Shown here: piece by piece, positions 35,001 to 45,022 of the stretch
Layout: each line of letters begins with the position of its first letter
How positions within the stretch are numbered: the stretch's first letter is position 1
Assembly: GCA_026936335.1 (NCBI GenBank)
Contig: JAPMXV010000021.1
Span: forward strand, 62,001 to 126,000
DNA: 64,000 nucleotides
Direction of reading: 5' to 3'
Source: Mantamonas sphyraenae STR306
Taxonomy: Eukaryota > Protista > CRuMs
Made by a program: the position numbers and the translations under genes
Notes under the pieces: generated by a model
The model's input: the letters and a program-made list of their open reading frames with translations, nothing else
Databases searched by the model: none
What the model was told of the DNA's origin: nothing

Positions 35001-36596
35001 AACAGTGAAGGGGATGTACATGCAGAAGCAGGCGTTGAGGAGGAGCAAGAGGAGCAAGAGGAGGTGGAGGAGGAGGACCTGGAAGAGGTGGAGGTGGGCA
35101 CCCCGATGAACCGAGTGACACTGCTGTTTGAAGACCCCGAGCTGGAAGTGTTCTTTGGCGAGTACAAGGTGAACCTTGTGTTGCGTCAGGTGCGAGCTGG
35201 GTTCCTGATTGCCAGTGTGGCCACGGTGGGGTACATCTTGGTGGAGGTGTTGGACACCACCACCGCCAACACCAATGCGGGTGGGCTTTCTGTGGCCACG
35301 TGGGGTCGTCTGCTGCTGCTGGCTGTATGTTTGGGCAATTTGGCACTCACCTACACGTCTGTGTTTACTCACCACGCACAGCGTGTGCTGTTTGGTGGCC
35401 TGTTTGCCATGGGTGCCATCCTGGGCACCTTGACGCTGTTGGACAATCTGTTCAACCCCATTGTGTATGGCATGTTTGTCGTCTTTTGCTTCTCGGTGAT
35501 GCATCTGAACTATCTGTACGGCATGGTGCTCAGTCTGCTGGGCATGGTCATCTTTGTGTTCTCCCCGATTGCCGCTCGCTACGTGGCCCAGGTGCTACTT
35601 TGTCTCCTCTCTGTGGCCTGTGTATGTGCGTATGGCTCGTGGTATGTGGAGAGGCAAATGCGGGAGGACTTTTGGCAGCAGTATGTGTTTGTCAACACGC
35701 ATCGGAAGACGGAAATGCTGATCCAGAACCTGTTGCCGCAACCCATCATGATGCAACTCAAGACAGGGCTGCAGGTGGTGGCCGACGAGTGTTACAACGT
35801 ACCCGTCATGTTTTGCGATGTGGCAGGCTTCACCGAACTGAGTGCACAGATCAGCGCGGAACAACTGGTGACCCTGTTGAACGAGGTCTACAGTGCGTTT
35901 GACCAGCTGGTGGACAAGCACGATCTGTACAAGGTGGAAACCATTGGAGATTGCTACATGGTGGCAGGCCATCTGTTCCACACGGATGAAAAGACGGGTG
36001 ACATCACACGGTACGAGCACGTGGCACCAGCGGCGCCGTCGCGCAAGCGCATCCGCAGCTACAGCTCGGTGTCGTCGGATCTGTTGAAGGAGGAGATGGC
36101 ACGTGATCGGAACGACTCGTTGAAGCGACGTAGCATGCATGCAGGGGATCTGTGGTACCTGCGTGCGACGGAATCGATGGTGCAACTGGCCATCGACATG
36201 CTGGACACCATCCGCAAGATCCGAGATCCCATGGGACGACCATTGAATGTGCGTGTGGGCATCCATCTGTGTGACAAGGTGGTGGCAGGGTGTGTGGGAC
36301 GCAAGATGCCACGGTACCATCTGTTTGGCAAGGCCATCCACGTGGCAGAGAGCATGGAGCACAACGGCATCCGTGGCATGATCCAACTCAGCCAGGAAGC
36401 CATGTCCGTGGTGGCCTCCAACTCGGACTTTGAGTGGGTGGCACGTGGCGACGAACACGACGGTCTCCCCGGGGCCAAGAGCAGGGCGGACATTGCCGAG
36501 ACCAAGACCTTTCTGGTCGGCGCAAAAGGGTTCCGCAAGCGGTTGGATGAGATGGTGAGGGCACATGAGAGACGGGTGAGCAGGAGCAAGGAGTGA
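32078..36596 (+). CDS. Membrane class III nucleotide cyclase with two TM bundles and two cyclase domains (probably guanylyl cyclase)
   Basis: Exons 32078-33048 and 33338-36596 (GTACGT..CAG, phase 2). Domain 1: FKVETIGEVY, GIHTG, PRYRLFGDTVNTASRM, IKGKG. Domain 2: FCDVAGFT, YKVETIGDCY, PRYHLFG. Each is preceded by a hydrophobic bundle. Confidence 0.93.
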
Positions 36597-36665
36597 CACA
36601 GACACAAGGAATGCAATGCACGGAGGAGGAGGTGGCCCTGTTGCGGACAACGCAATCACTGCACA

Positions 36666-39600
36666 ATGACAAGTCTGCGCAAGCGGCCCCGTCGCAGCAG
36701 CAGCACAGGAAGCAAAGGAGCCACAGGAGACGAGGATGGCACACTTGCACAACTGGCCAACGAAGGGGGTGTGGTGCGAGAATGGGGTCCCGTGGGACGC
36801 AATGCAGCAAGCATTGCGGTGGTGCTAGTGGCTGCTGCCGTGGTGGGTAGCTTTATGGCCCCCGAGTATACATGGGGCTTTGCAGGCGCGGCTGTTGCGG
36901 GCGTGGTGCTCCTGGTCGTGGTGATCCAAATCGAGTTTGCGCGCGGATCCACTTTGCCTGAGCCCACGGCCACGGAGGACAAGACAACGGCAAAGGCAAA
37001 GGGACAGGTGGCAAGTGCAGATAAACATGCGTCCAGTGGAGCTGATGTGATCCGCAGGGATAGGCGGGCAAGCATTGAGCGGCGGGAAAGAGCGGAACGG
37101 GAGGAGAAGGAACGGTTGGCACGGGTCAAGGAGGAGGTGGAGGAAGCAAAGGGAAGCGGAGCAGAGGAGAATGGAGTCGATGAAAAGAGTGACAGTGCAC
37201 AGGAAGGCAAGGGGGAAGCAGGGAGGGAGGGAAAGGCTGAGGAGAGTGTAAAGATTGTGGAGAAGGCAGAGAAGGGCAAGGACAAGGCGGAGGAGGAGGC
37301 GGAGGAGGTTGCACCGTTGCCTGAGGGATGGAGGAAGATCACAAAGGGAGACACAGTGTTTTATTACCACCGACAGACACGCACAAAGCAGTTTGAGAGG
37401 CCGACAACAACAATCGAGATTGCGAAAGATCCGGAGGATTCACCCAAGTGGAAGAAGGCAGATCCAGCAGAGGAGAAGGCGAAGGAGGAGGCTGAGGCAA
37501 AGAGGAAAGCAGAGGCTGAAGCAGAGGCCAAGAAGAAGGCAGAGGCTGAAGCAGAGGCCAAGAAGAAGGCTGAGGCAGAAGCAGAAGCCAAGAAGGCTGA
37601 GGCTGAGGCACAACGCAAGGCAGAGGCTGAAGCAGAAGCGAAGAAGAAGGCTGAGGCTGAGGCAGAAGCTGAGAGGAAGGCAGAAGCTGAGGCAGAGGCA
37701 CAGCGCAAGGCTGAAGCTGAGGCAGAGGCAAAGCGCAAGGAAGAGGCAGAGGCACAGCGCAAGGCAGAAGCTGAGGCAGAAGCGAGGAAGAAGGCTGAGG
37801 CTGAGGCACAACGCAAGGCAGAGGCAGAAGCAGAAGCGAAGAAGAAGGCTGAGGCTGAGGCAGAAGCTGAGAGGAAGGCTGAAGCTGAGTCTGAGGCACA
37901 GCGCAAGGCTGAAGCTGAGGCAGAAGCAAAGCGCAAGGCAGAGGCTGAAGCAGAAGCACAGCGCAAGGCAGAGGCAGAAGCAGAAGCGAAGAAGAAGGCT
38001 GAGGCTGAGGCTGAGGCACAGCGCAAGGCAGAGGCAGAAGCACAGCGCAAGGCAGAGGCTGAAGCAGAAGCCAAGAAGAAGGCTGAGGCAGAGGCTGAGG
38101 CAAAGAAGAAGGCTGAGGCTGAGGCAGAAGCAGAAGCGAAGAAGAAGGCTGAGGCAGAGGCTGAGGCAAAGCGCAAGGAAGAGGCTGAGGCTGAGGCACA
38201 ACGCAAGGCTGAGGCAGAGGCAGAGGCAGAAGCTCAACGCCTGGCAGAAGAGCAAGCACAGCTGGAGAACCTCCCCTTTGAGGAAACGTCTGCTCTGGAG
38301 CATGCTCCGACAGCACCAGAGCCAACCATGTCCCACAATGATTCCTTCACCTTTGACGTCGACTCCTTGGCCGGCACTCTGTCCACTCTGGACACCCTCA
38401 ACGAAGATGACACCAACGTGGATGACGATTCCTTCAACATCGACTCCCTGTCATCCGTCCTCTCCACCCTCTCTGCCCCCATGGACGATCACACCGCTGC
38501 CACACACATCCAACGCCTCATCAAGGGCAAGCTGGCACGCAAGCGCTTTGCAAAGATCCTCAAGTGGCGCAAGGTCCGCCGCAAGACCGAACGCGAGATC
38601 CTCACATCTGAACGCACGTTTGTACGACAGTTGGACGCCATCATCAATGTGTATCTGATCCCATTGCGCCAATGGGCGGATTCAGAGACACCCATCCTCA
38701 CACACGACGAGATCGACACCCTGTTCTCCACTGTCCTGGAACGCATCTACGAGATCAATGCTCCGTTCCAGAAACGACTCTACAACCGTGTGTGGAAAAT
38801 GGACGACGAGACACGTCCCATCATCTCCGACCTGTTCCTGGACATGATGGAGCAGTTCACCGAGTATGCCGAGTACGTTGTCAATTACGACGCAGCCATG
38901 GGTCTGTGGACACACCTGTGTCAGAAGGGTGTCAACCGCGAGTTTGTGCTGTTTTGCAACCAGGCCATCCAAGACTCGCGTTGCCAGGGACAGAATCTGC
39001 AATCTCTTCTCATCACCCTCGTCCAACGCATGCCACGCTACCAGCTGCTCCTGCAAGAGATGCTCAAGCACACATGGCCACAGCATCCCGACTACGAAGG
39101 TCTGCAGCAAGCCGTGGAGGACATGATCAAGGTCAACACGTTCATCAACGAGGAGAAGCGAGCTGCGGAGCAGGTCAGCGACAAGCTGAGTGAACTGGAA
39201 GAGGCCATCCACCACCGAGGGGACCTGGCCATCCAAAAGGAAGGGCGGATGCTGGTGAAAGAGGGCAATGTGAGTGAAGCAGGCAAGGCAAACAAGAAGG
39301 GGAAGCGAGGCAAGGCCCAATCACGGTACGCCTTTCTCTTCAACGACATGCTGCTGATCAGCACGGCCAGCAGTGGGTTCACACGCAAGAGCACCAGCAC
39401 CTACAAGATGAACGCTTACGTGTCACTCACGGGAGCGCACATCAAACTGGACAAGGAAACGGGATTGATCACCATCAGCCACGCTGATCTGGACGACCCC
39501 ATCCTCCTGCACTTTGCAGAGGGTGAGACAGAGGATATGTTGGAATGGCATGATGCCATTCTGGGTGCCTTCCAGCAGAACATGCTCCTCAACAGGCATT

Positions 39601-39854
39601 TTCTGGATCCCTCAGATCTGTCCTCCTCTTCCTCCTCCTCCTCCTCCTCTTCAGCCTCCAACCGACGTCGTTCAGGCTCCTTCACGCCGGTACCCACCTT
39701 TTCCAAAGCCACACGCAGTCCAGCCAGCTACAGGTACAGCACAAACACCCTGCAGCCGACCATTGTCGAAGAGAAGGGCGGCGAGCACTCAGAGCAACCG
39801 GGCAACGATTCCCTCGATTTGGATGCCTTGGGCGATGTCCTGCGAGGACTCTAA
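36666..39854 (+). CDS. Membrane-anchored RhoGEF: TM-TM, WW, E/A/K helical repeat, IQ, DH, PH
   Basis: Single 1062-aa ORF. WW: PLPEGW..FYYHRQTRTKQFERP. IQ: IQRLIKGKLARKRF. DH: EILTSERTFVRQL...LVQRMPRYQLLLQEMLKHT..HPDY. PH: RYAFLFNDMLL...EWHDAI. Confidence 0.92.
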   Translation: MTSLRKRPRRSSSTGSKGATGDEDGTLAQLANEGGVVREWGPVGRNAASIAVVLVAAAVVGSFMAPEYTWGFAGAAVAGVVLLVVVIQIEFARGSTLPEPTATEDKTTAKAKGQVASADKHASSGADVIRRDRRASIERRERAEREEKERLARVKEEVEEAKGSGAEENGVDEKSDSAQEGKGEAGREGKAEESVKIVEKAEKGKDKAEEEAEEVAPLPEGWRKITKGDTVFYYHRQTRTKQFERPTTTIEIAKDPEDSPKWKKADPAEEKAKEEAEAKRKAEAEAEAKKKAEAEAEAKKKAEAEAEAKKAEAEAQRKAEAEAEAKKKAEAEAEAERKAEAEAEAQRKAEAEAEAKRKEEAEAQRKAEAEAEARKKAEAEAQRKAEAEAEAKKKAEAEAEAERKAEAESEAQRKAEAEAEAKRKAEAEAEAQRKAEAEAEAKKKAEAEAEAQRKAEAEAQRKAEAEAEAKKKAEAEAEAKKKAEAEAEAEAKKKAEAEAEAKRKEEAEAEAQRKAEAEAEAEAQRLAEEQAQLENLPFEETSALEHAPTAPEPTMSHNDSFTFDVDSLAGTLSTLDTLNEDDTNVDDDSFNIDSLSSVLSTLSAPMDDHTAATHIQRLIKGKLARKRFAKILKWRKVRRKTEREILTSERTFVRQLDAIINVYLIPLRQWADSETPILTHDEIDTLFSTVLERIYEINAPFQKRLYNRVWKMDDETRPIISDLFLDMMEQFTEYAEYVVNYDAAMGLWTHLCQKGVNREFVLFCNQAIQDSRCQGQNLQSLLITLVQRMPRYQLLLQEMLKHTWPQHPDYEGLQQAVEDMIKVNTFINEEKRAAEQVSDKLSELEEAIHHRGDLAIQKEGRMLVKEGNVSEAGKANKKGKRGKAQSRYAFLFNDMLLISTASSGFTRKSTSTYKMNAYVSLTGAHIKLDKETGLITISHADLDDPILLHFAEGETEDMLEWHDAILGAFQQNMLLNRHFLDPSDLSSSSSSSSSSSASNRRRSGSFTPVPTFSKATRSPASYRYSTNTLQPTIVEEKGGEHSEQPGNDSLDLDALGDVLRGL
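37480..38240 (+). repeat. Coding tandem repeat (K/R)KAEAEAEA-type units, about 250 aa of predicted single alpha-helix
   Basis: Over 20 degenerate 21-36 nt units built from gaggct/gaggca/gaagca/aag, read directly from the sequence. Confidence 0.95.
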
Positions 39855-39935
39855 CCAACCATGCATTGTGAATGGAACAAACACTCATCATCCCCATCAT
39901 CCCCCCCCCTCCCCTACCCCAACCAAACCTCCGAG

Positions 39936-42900
39936 ATGGCCATCAAGTTCTCCCTTGACCCATTCCTGTACAACCAGCGTACCCTGCTGGTTGGTTTGCC
40001 CACCCTTGGGATCATTCTCCTCTTTGGAGGCCGCCTGTATGTCGTGCAGAGAACAGAAGATCCCTTCTCTCTCCTCCTTGTCACCTCCTGCCCCCTCCCA
40101 CCTCCTCTGACACTGTCCCCGCATGTATTCGTTGCTCCCCATGTTGCCTACACACAGTCTTTTCCTCACCATGATCCTCGGTTTCATCGCAACCTATCTC
40201 CTCGTCCAGTTTGTGGGCGATGTGCACGTGTACGTCATCACCCCCGAGTCAACCACAACCACAACCCCGTTCTTCAGCTGACCCTTACCCCACCCACCAT
40301 GTCTGCATCCTCTTCACCACACAGTGCTACATGGTCTCTCTGGGCCACCGTGTCTGCGTGTGCAGTGGCACTCCTCTACCAATCGGCCGCCTTGCTCCAG
40401 TGCGTTCGTGTGTCTCCCGCCCATTTCCGCATGATGGAACCGCTTGCTCCTCACACTCTGCCACTTACACATCCCCCGCACCCGCCTCCCCTCTCCTCAC
40501 TGCCCCCATGTTCCCACAGCAAGTCCATCCTCAATGCCTTTCTGGTCTTCCACATGACTGCCTTTGTCTTTCTTATGGGCCTGTGGATGAGCCTGCAGAT
40601 GCCCTCCATGTTCCGTCGCTCCCCTTCGCTGGCTCTGGTGGCCGAACGACTGCTCTTTGCCCTCCTTCCCCTCACCTCCTCTGTCCTCCTCACCTGGGCC
40701 ACTGTCATGTTTGTCGGTGCAGACAATGCCGCCTTCTACCTCATGCTCTACCTGGCCCTCAACTTTGTCCTCTTTGCCGTCCCCGTGCGCAGCTCCTTCC
40801 TTCGCCACGAACCCGACCAGACCAAAGACCCACGCGTGGCACCCAGCACCACCACCACCACCACCACCACCACCAACCCATCCTCCAAACAAGCACTGGT
40901 GCCTTCAGAGATGGCCATGGGACGCCTGGACAGTGCGGTGCAGCTGCTGCTGCTGCTTGTCCTTCCCTCGCTCTTCTATGCCCTCACCTACCACAGCCAA
41001 CTGTTCACTCTGACCACGTTGGTCAATGTCACCCTGTTGGGATCCCTTCCCATTCTCATGCTCTTCCCTCTGTCCTCCCCTCGCTTCCACGCCCTGTGGT
41101 GGCTTGGATTGAGCCCTGCCAGCCTCACACGCACCCGTGAGCTGTTGGCCTTCTTTGCTGCCAACTTCCTTGTGGCTGCCTTTGAGTACCGTGTCATCTT
41201 TGGCTCCTTCTACCATCTCATTGCCCTTCCCCCGCCACTCAACTACATCCTCGTCACCGTCACCCTCTACCTCTCCGCCCTCGTGGCCATGCTCCATGTT
41301 GCTGGCAAGCTGGGTACCTCTGTGTCGTACAACACCACCTTTGCCCTCACCCTCCTCTGTGCCCTCGGTTGGTCCCTCTGCCTTGGCCTCTCCTGGTGGA
41401 TGCTTCCCTTTCCCCTCCTGGCCGCACGCATGCTCGTCACCTTCTACTTCAAACCCAAACTCAACCAGTACCTCCTCTTTGTCGCATGCATGTGTGCCCC
41501 GCTCCTCTGGTTCTTCCATCGTCGCTTCTGGTACCTCGACTTTACCTTTAGTGCCGTCAACCTCTCCCTCTTCCAACTCTCCATCGTCCTCCTGCTCCTC
41601 TTTGTCACCGCCATGCTTGTCCCTGGTCTGGGCTCCCTTGCCTCTGCCACCCAATTCGCTGGCAATCTCACAGGTCCCCTCCTTCTCTTCCACGCCCTGG
41701 GCATGGTGGTTGCCGAACAGGCCCTCTACAACCAGTTTGAAGACATCTACTCACCCTTCCTCCTTGTCTTTACCTCCCTCCTCGGTGCATACCTCGCCCT
41801 CTTCCTCGAAAACAGGGATCGCATCAGTGTGGTCACTGCATGGCTCCTGTTTTCCCTGTACATGGCCAAGTTGGCCCTGCTCCTGTCTCCCCTCCCGTTT
41901 GCAGTGCCCGATGCCCTCCTCATCACCGCGTCTGTGTCTCCTCTGTACTACTTCTACCCCGATCCACGCATGAGTCGCACCCTGGGTCTCACCTACGCTG
42001 TCAGTGTGGCCTTTGCACTGCTCATTGTCCATGACTCGCTCATCCGTCGTCTCCTGGTCCTTGTGCTCCATCGTGACCCCTCCGACTCCCTCCTCCTGGG
42101 TTCCCTCTGCTTCATGTGGGCATTGGCTGTGTTGCCCCTCAGCTATCGCTACTTTGCCCACATCCCGCAAGTGCGTCGTCTCAATCTCCTTGTCCTCGCC
42201 TTGGCCACTGTCCTCATCTACGTGCAACCAGACATGAGCATGGCCCGTGTGGGTGGCAGCATGGTCGATTCCTTGGCTGCCTCCAAACTCAGCACAGGGG
42301 TCCGTGTGGGTCCTCCCCTGTGGACCACCTGGGTCCTCATTGCCATTGTCCTCCTGGCATTTGCTGCTGCCACGTCGGTCATCAACCTGGCCACCAACAA
42401 GTTCCTTCGCTTGCTCTTCTCCCTCTCCATGGGCTTTCTGGCTGGCTTCTATGTCTGTGGTGTCTACCTGCCCCAGCATCCCCTCCTGTATGCTCTGTTT
42501 TGTGGCATCACCACCCTCCCCGTCCTCTTTGTCGTCTACACCCATTGGCCCACTGCACACAGTCCTCGTGTCATGCCCTTTGTCTACCTGGCCTTCCTTG
42601 CCCTCCTGCCCATCACCCTCGTCACCCTCAGCTCCGTCTTTACCCTCACCACTGGCTCACGCATCAAGGAACACCTGCGTGCCACCACCGTCATCCTCCT
42701 CGGCCTCTACACTGCCATCAATGTCGTCGTTGCCCTCTTTATCAAGTTCAAGACCGACAACAACGTCGCCACCCCGCATGGTGCCCCGCACAAGACAAAC
42801 CTCGAACTCGACTGGCTGCCCTACACGGGCAACCTGGCCACCCTTCTCAGCTTTGCCCTGGCTGTGGCCATCAATGTCCAGTTCCTCAGTGGCTCAGAGA

Positions 42901-43460
42901 CAAGTGTCTTTTTCTTGGCTCCCATCCTCCTTCTCCTCAACAAGGACACGAAGCTCTTTGCCGGCCTCAACGCACGCAACCGCTACCTGCCCATGATCCT
43001 GGCCACTGTTGCCTTTCTCACCCTCTCGGCTGTCTACAACCTCGGTGTGCGTCAGCTCCTCGTCCATTGGGGCCTCATGTCCTACTTCCCGGCTGCCATG
43101 CGCCTGGCCACTCCCACGTCAGGCTCCATCTCTGTCCTCGAAGATGTCCTCGGCATCTCTCTTGGCGCAGCTGCACGCAACCAGTCGCCCATGGAGTATT
43201 CCACGCTCACTCTGGCCAAGAACTGGGCCATGCTCGCCATGGTGCTGCCTTCGCAGTGGGATCTGGCTCAGTTTGTGTTGCGGTTCGAGCGCAACGCCCG
43301 CGGCTCCCGCTGGCTCGTCCTGCTGCCTCTCAACGTCCTCCCTCTTATCCTCACGGATCTGTATTCCATCCAGATGCTCGCTGCCATCGGGCTGCTCGGC
43401 GGTATGGCCGTGTATCTTATCCAGCGCGGTATCAGCACCGAGGGGCTCAAGCGATTGTAG
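39936..43460 (+). CDS. NEF1: NO EXINE FORMATION 1 (NEF1)-like polytopic membrane protein
   Basis: Exons 39936-40036, 40158-40229, 40325-40399, 40520-43460 (three phase-2 GT-AG introns). PFLYN..R, GLWMSLQ, ERLLFALLP, VGADNAAFY, FEYRVIFGSF..LI..PPPLNY, WLPYTGN, FFLAPILLLLNKD recall plant NEF1; more than 20 TM segments. Confidence 0.85.
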   Translation: MAIKFSLDPFLYNQRTLLVGLPTLGIILLFGGRLYVVQRTEDPFSLLLVTSCPLPPPLTLSPHVFVAPHVAYTQSFPHHDPRFHRNLSPRPVCGRCARVRHHPRVNHNHNPVLQLTLTPPTMSASSSPHSATWSLWATVSACAVALLYQSAALLQCVRVSPAHFRMMEPLAPHTLPLTHPPHPPPLSSLPPCSHSKSILNAFLVFHMTAFVFLMGLWMSLQMPSMFRRSPSLALVAERLLFALLPLTSSVLLTWATVMFVGADNAAFYLMLYLALNFVLFAVPVRSSFLRHEPDQTKDPRVAPSTTTTTTTTTNPSSKQALVPSEMAMGRLDSAVQLLLLLVLPSLFYALTYHSQLFTLTTLVNVTLLGSLPILMLFPLSSPRFHALWWLGLSPASLTRTRELLAFFAANFLVAAFEYRVIFGSFYHLIALPPPLNYILVTVTLYLSALVAMLHVAGKLGTSVSYNTTFALTLLCALGWSLCLGLSWWMLPFPLLAARMLVTFYFKPKLNQYLLFVACMCAPLLWFFHRRFWYLDFTFSAVNLSLFQLSIVLLLLFVTAMLVPGLGSLASATQFAGNLTGPLLLFHALGMVVAEQALYNQFEDIYSPFLLVFTSLLGAYLALFLENRDRISVVTAWLLFSLYMAKLALLLSPLPFAVPDALLITASVSPLYYFYPDPRMSRTLGLTYAVSVAFALLIVHDSLIRRLLVLVLHRDPSDSLLLGSLCFMWALAVLPLSYRYFAHIPQVRRLNLLVLALATVLIYVQPDMSMARVGGSMVDSLAASKLSTGVRVGPPLWTTWVLIAIVLLAFAAATSVINLATNKFLRLLFSLSMGFLAGFYVCGVYLPQHPLLYALFCGITTLPVLFVVYTHWPTAHSPRVMPFVYLAFLALLPITLVTLSSVFTLTTGSRIKEHLRATTVILLGLYTAINVVVALFIKFKTDNNVATPHGAPHKTNLELDWLPYTGNLATLLSFALAVAINVQFLSGSETSVFFLAPILLLLNKDTKLFAGLNARNRYLPMILATVAFLTLSAVYNLGVRQLLVHWGLMSYFPAAMRLATPTSGSISVLEDVLGISLGAAARNQSPMEYSTLTLAKNWAMLAMVLPSQWDLAQFVLRFERNARGSRWLVLLPLNVLPLILTDLYSIQMLAAIGLLGGMAVYLIQRGISTEGLKRL

Positions 43461-43555
43461 AAATTTTGATTGAGAATGAAATGTGATGGATGATGTCGCG
43501 GGTGACATTTATGTTTCAATCAAAATTCGAGTGTGTGTCATGGTGTTTGTTCCTT

Positions 43556-44051
43556 CTACTCCTTCAGCGTTCGCATTTCGGCTGATGTCAGCGACCACCG
43601 GTCGCCAGAGTCCTTGTTGAACTGCAGCAGGCCAAAGTGGCCGTCGCCCAGACGCAGAGCCCCCGGGTTGAAGACGGGCACCGAGCCAATGCGCGCACAG
43701 CCCAATCCGTCGTGCGTGTGGCCATGCACATTGATCAGCGTGCGCTCTTGCATGTCATGCGTGCACAGCATGGCACTGAGTGCGTCTGAGCCCGTCGTGA
43801 TCCTTCGTGTGGTGCTACTTTCCGGCTCGTCCACGTTCAACACAACTGTGGTGCTGGACAAAGAAGGACCACAGTGTGTCATCAGCAGAATCTGGTCCTG
43901 TCTGCCTACTCGCTCTACCAACCCTCCTTCCCGTTCCACGTCGTGTCCCCGTTCCCGCACATCGTCCCCCGTCGCCGGATCGTCTTGTTCGTTCCCGCGC
44001 GTGCTTCGTCCCGCACTTCTGCCGCTGCTGCTACTGCTGCTACTGCTGCTA

Positions 44052-44084
<33 letters not shown>

Positions 44085-44904
44085 CTTCCAGTGGTTGCCT
44101 TGTTGTCTTCATCCACAGTCTCCATGACATCCTCCTGACCCTCGGCCACCTCAGTCAGTGCGTTTTCAGTGTCCAGATCCTCGTCCTCGTCGTCTCCCTC
44201 CCTGGGATCATGCGCAGCCACTCCCTTGTACCATGGCATGAGGGTACTGCGCATATCCTCCAGCTCCTCCATGAGCTGAGCGTCGTCCTTGTACGGAAAG
44301 CCAGACCACAGCAGACCCGTGCTGGAGTACGCTGGTCCGGACCCGCCAAAGCCACACAAGACGAGGCCGTCGGCCAGACGATAGGCACGCTTGTGCACAT
44401 TGACACTCCACTGGGACAGGGGAATACTGTCGCCATACTCATCCCGAGTGAAGCAGCTGGGCGGGTCGTGGTTGCCTGGAATGTACAACACACGTGGACA
44501 CAGGTTCTCCAGGCCCGTCAACACTGCGGAGATTGGAGAGGCGAGTCAGCCACCAGTGCTTCCCCCTTCCACCCCCCACCCCCCACCCCCCCTACACACT
44601 CTCACTCTCTCACTCTCTCCCCCTCTCTGCCGCACTCACCCTTGCCCAGCTCAGCCTCAAAGGCAGCAATCTTCTCCGTGTTGCCTGCGTGCAGATCGTC
44701 CTTGTAATCCACCAGGTCACCCGAGGCAATGACATAATCCACCTTTGCTGGCAGGTACGATGCCACCCAGTCCACCAGTCGTGCCACATTGTCTGTGCTT
44801 GTGTGCACGTCCGTCACCTGCAACACAAGCAGTTCGTCCTTCTGCTTGTACGCGTCCATTTGCTCCTGCCACACAAGATACTCGTCTCCCGAATGCGATG
44901 CCAT
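43556..44904 (-). CDS. Calcineurin-like metallophosphoesterase with acidic/Ser-rich insertion
   Basis: Exons 44904-44640 and 44523-43556 (GTGAGT..CAG, phase 1). All five motifs present: TDVH, SGDLVD, PGNHD, THCGP, HGHTH, then FNPG. Confidence 0.92.
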
Positions 44905-45022
44905 GATGATACGATTATGATGATGCAGTGCACGCGTGTCGGGTGGGAAAGATGGAGGAGGACGGGTTCAGGTGTCTTACTGTTGGGTTGTTCCAGGTTG
45001 CGTGCGGGCGGGCGGTGTTTTT

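Noticed and set aside
37480-38240. Regular repeat array that could be mistaken for CRISPR or a satellite
   Set aside because: No unique spacers; units are codon multiples in frame within the RhoGEF.
39861-40520. 1199-aa uninterrupted ORF as the true NEF1-like protein
   Set aside because: The Pro/His-rich stretches are stop-free introns with good splice sites, and the true second exon is in a different frame.
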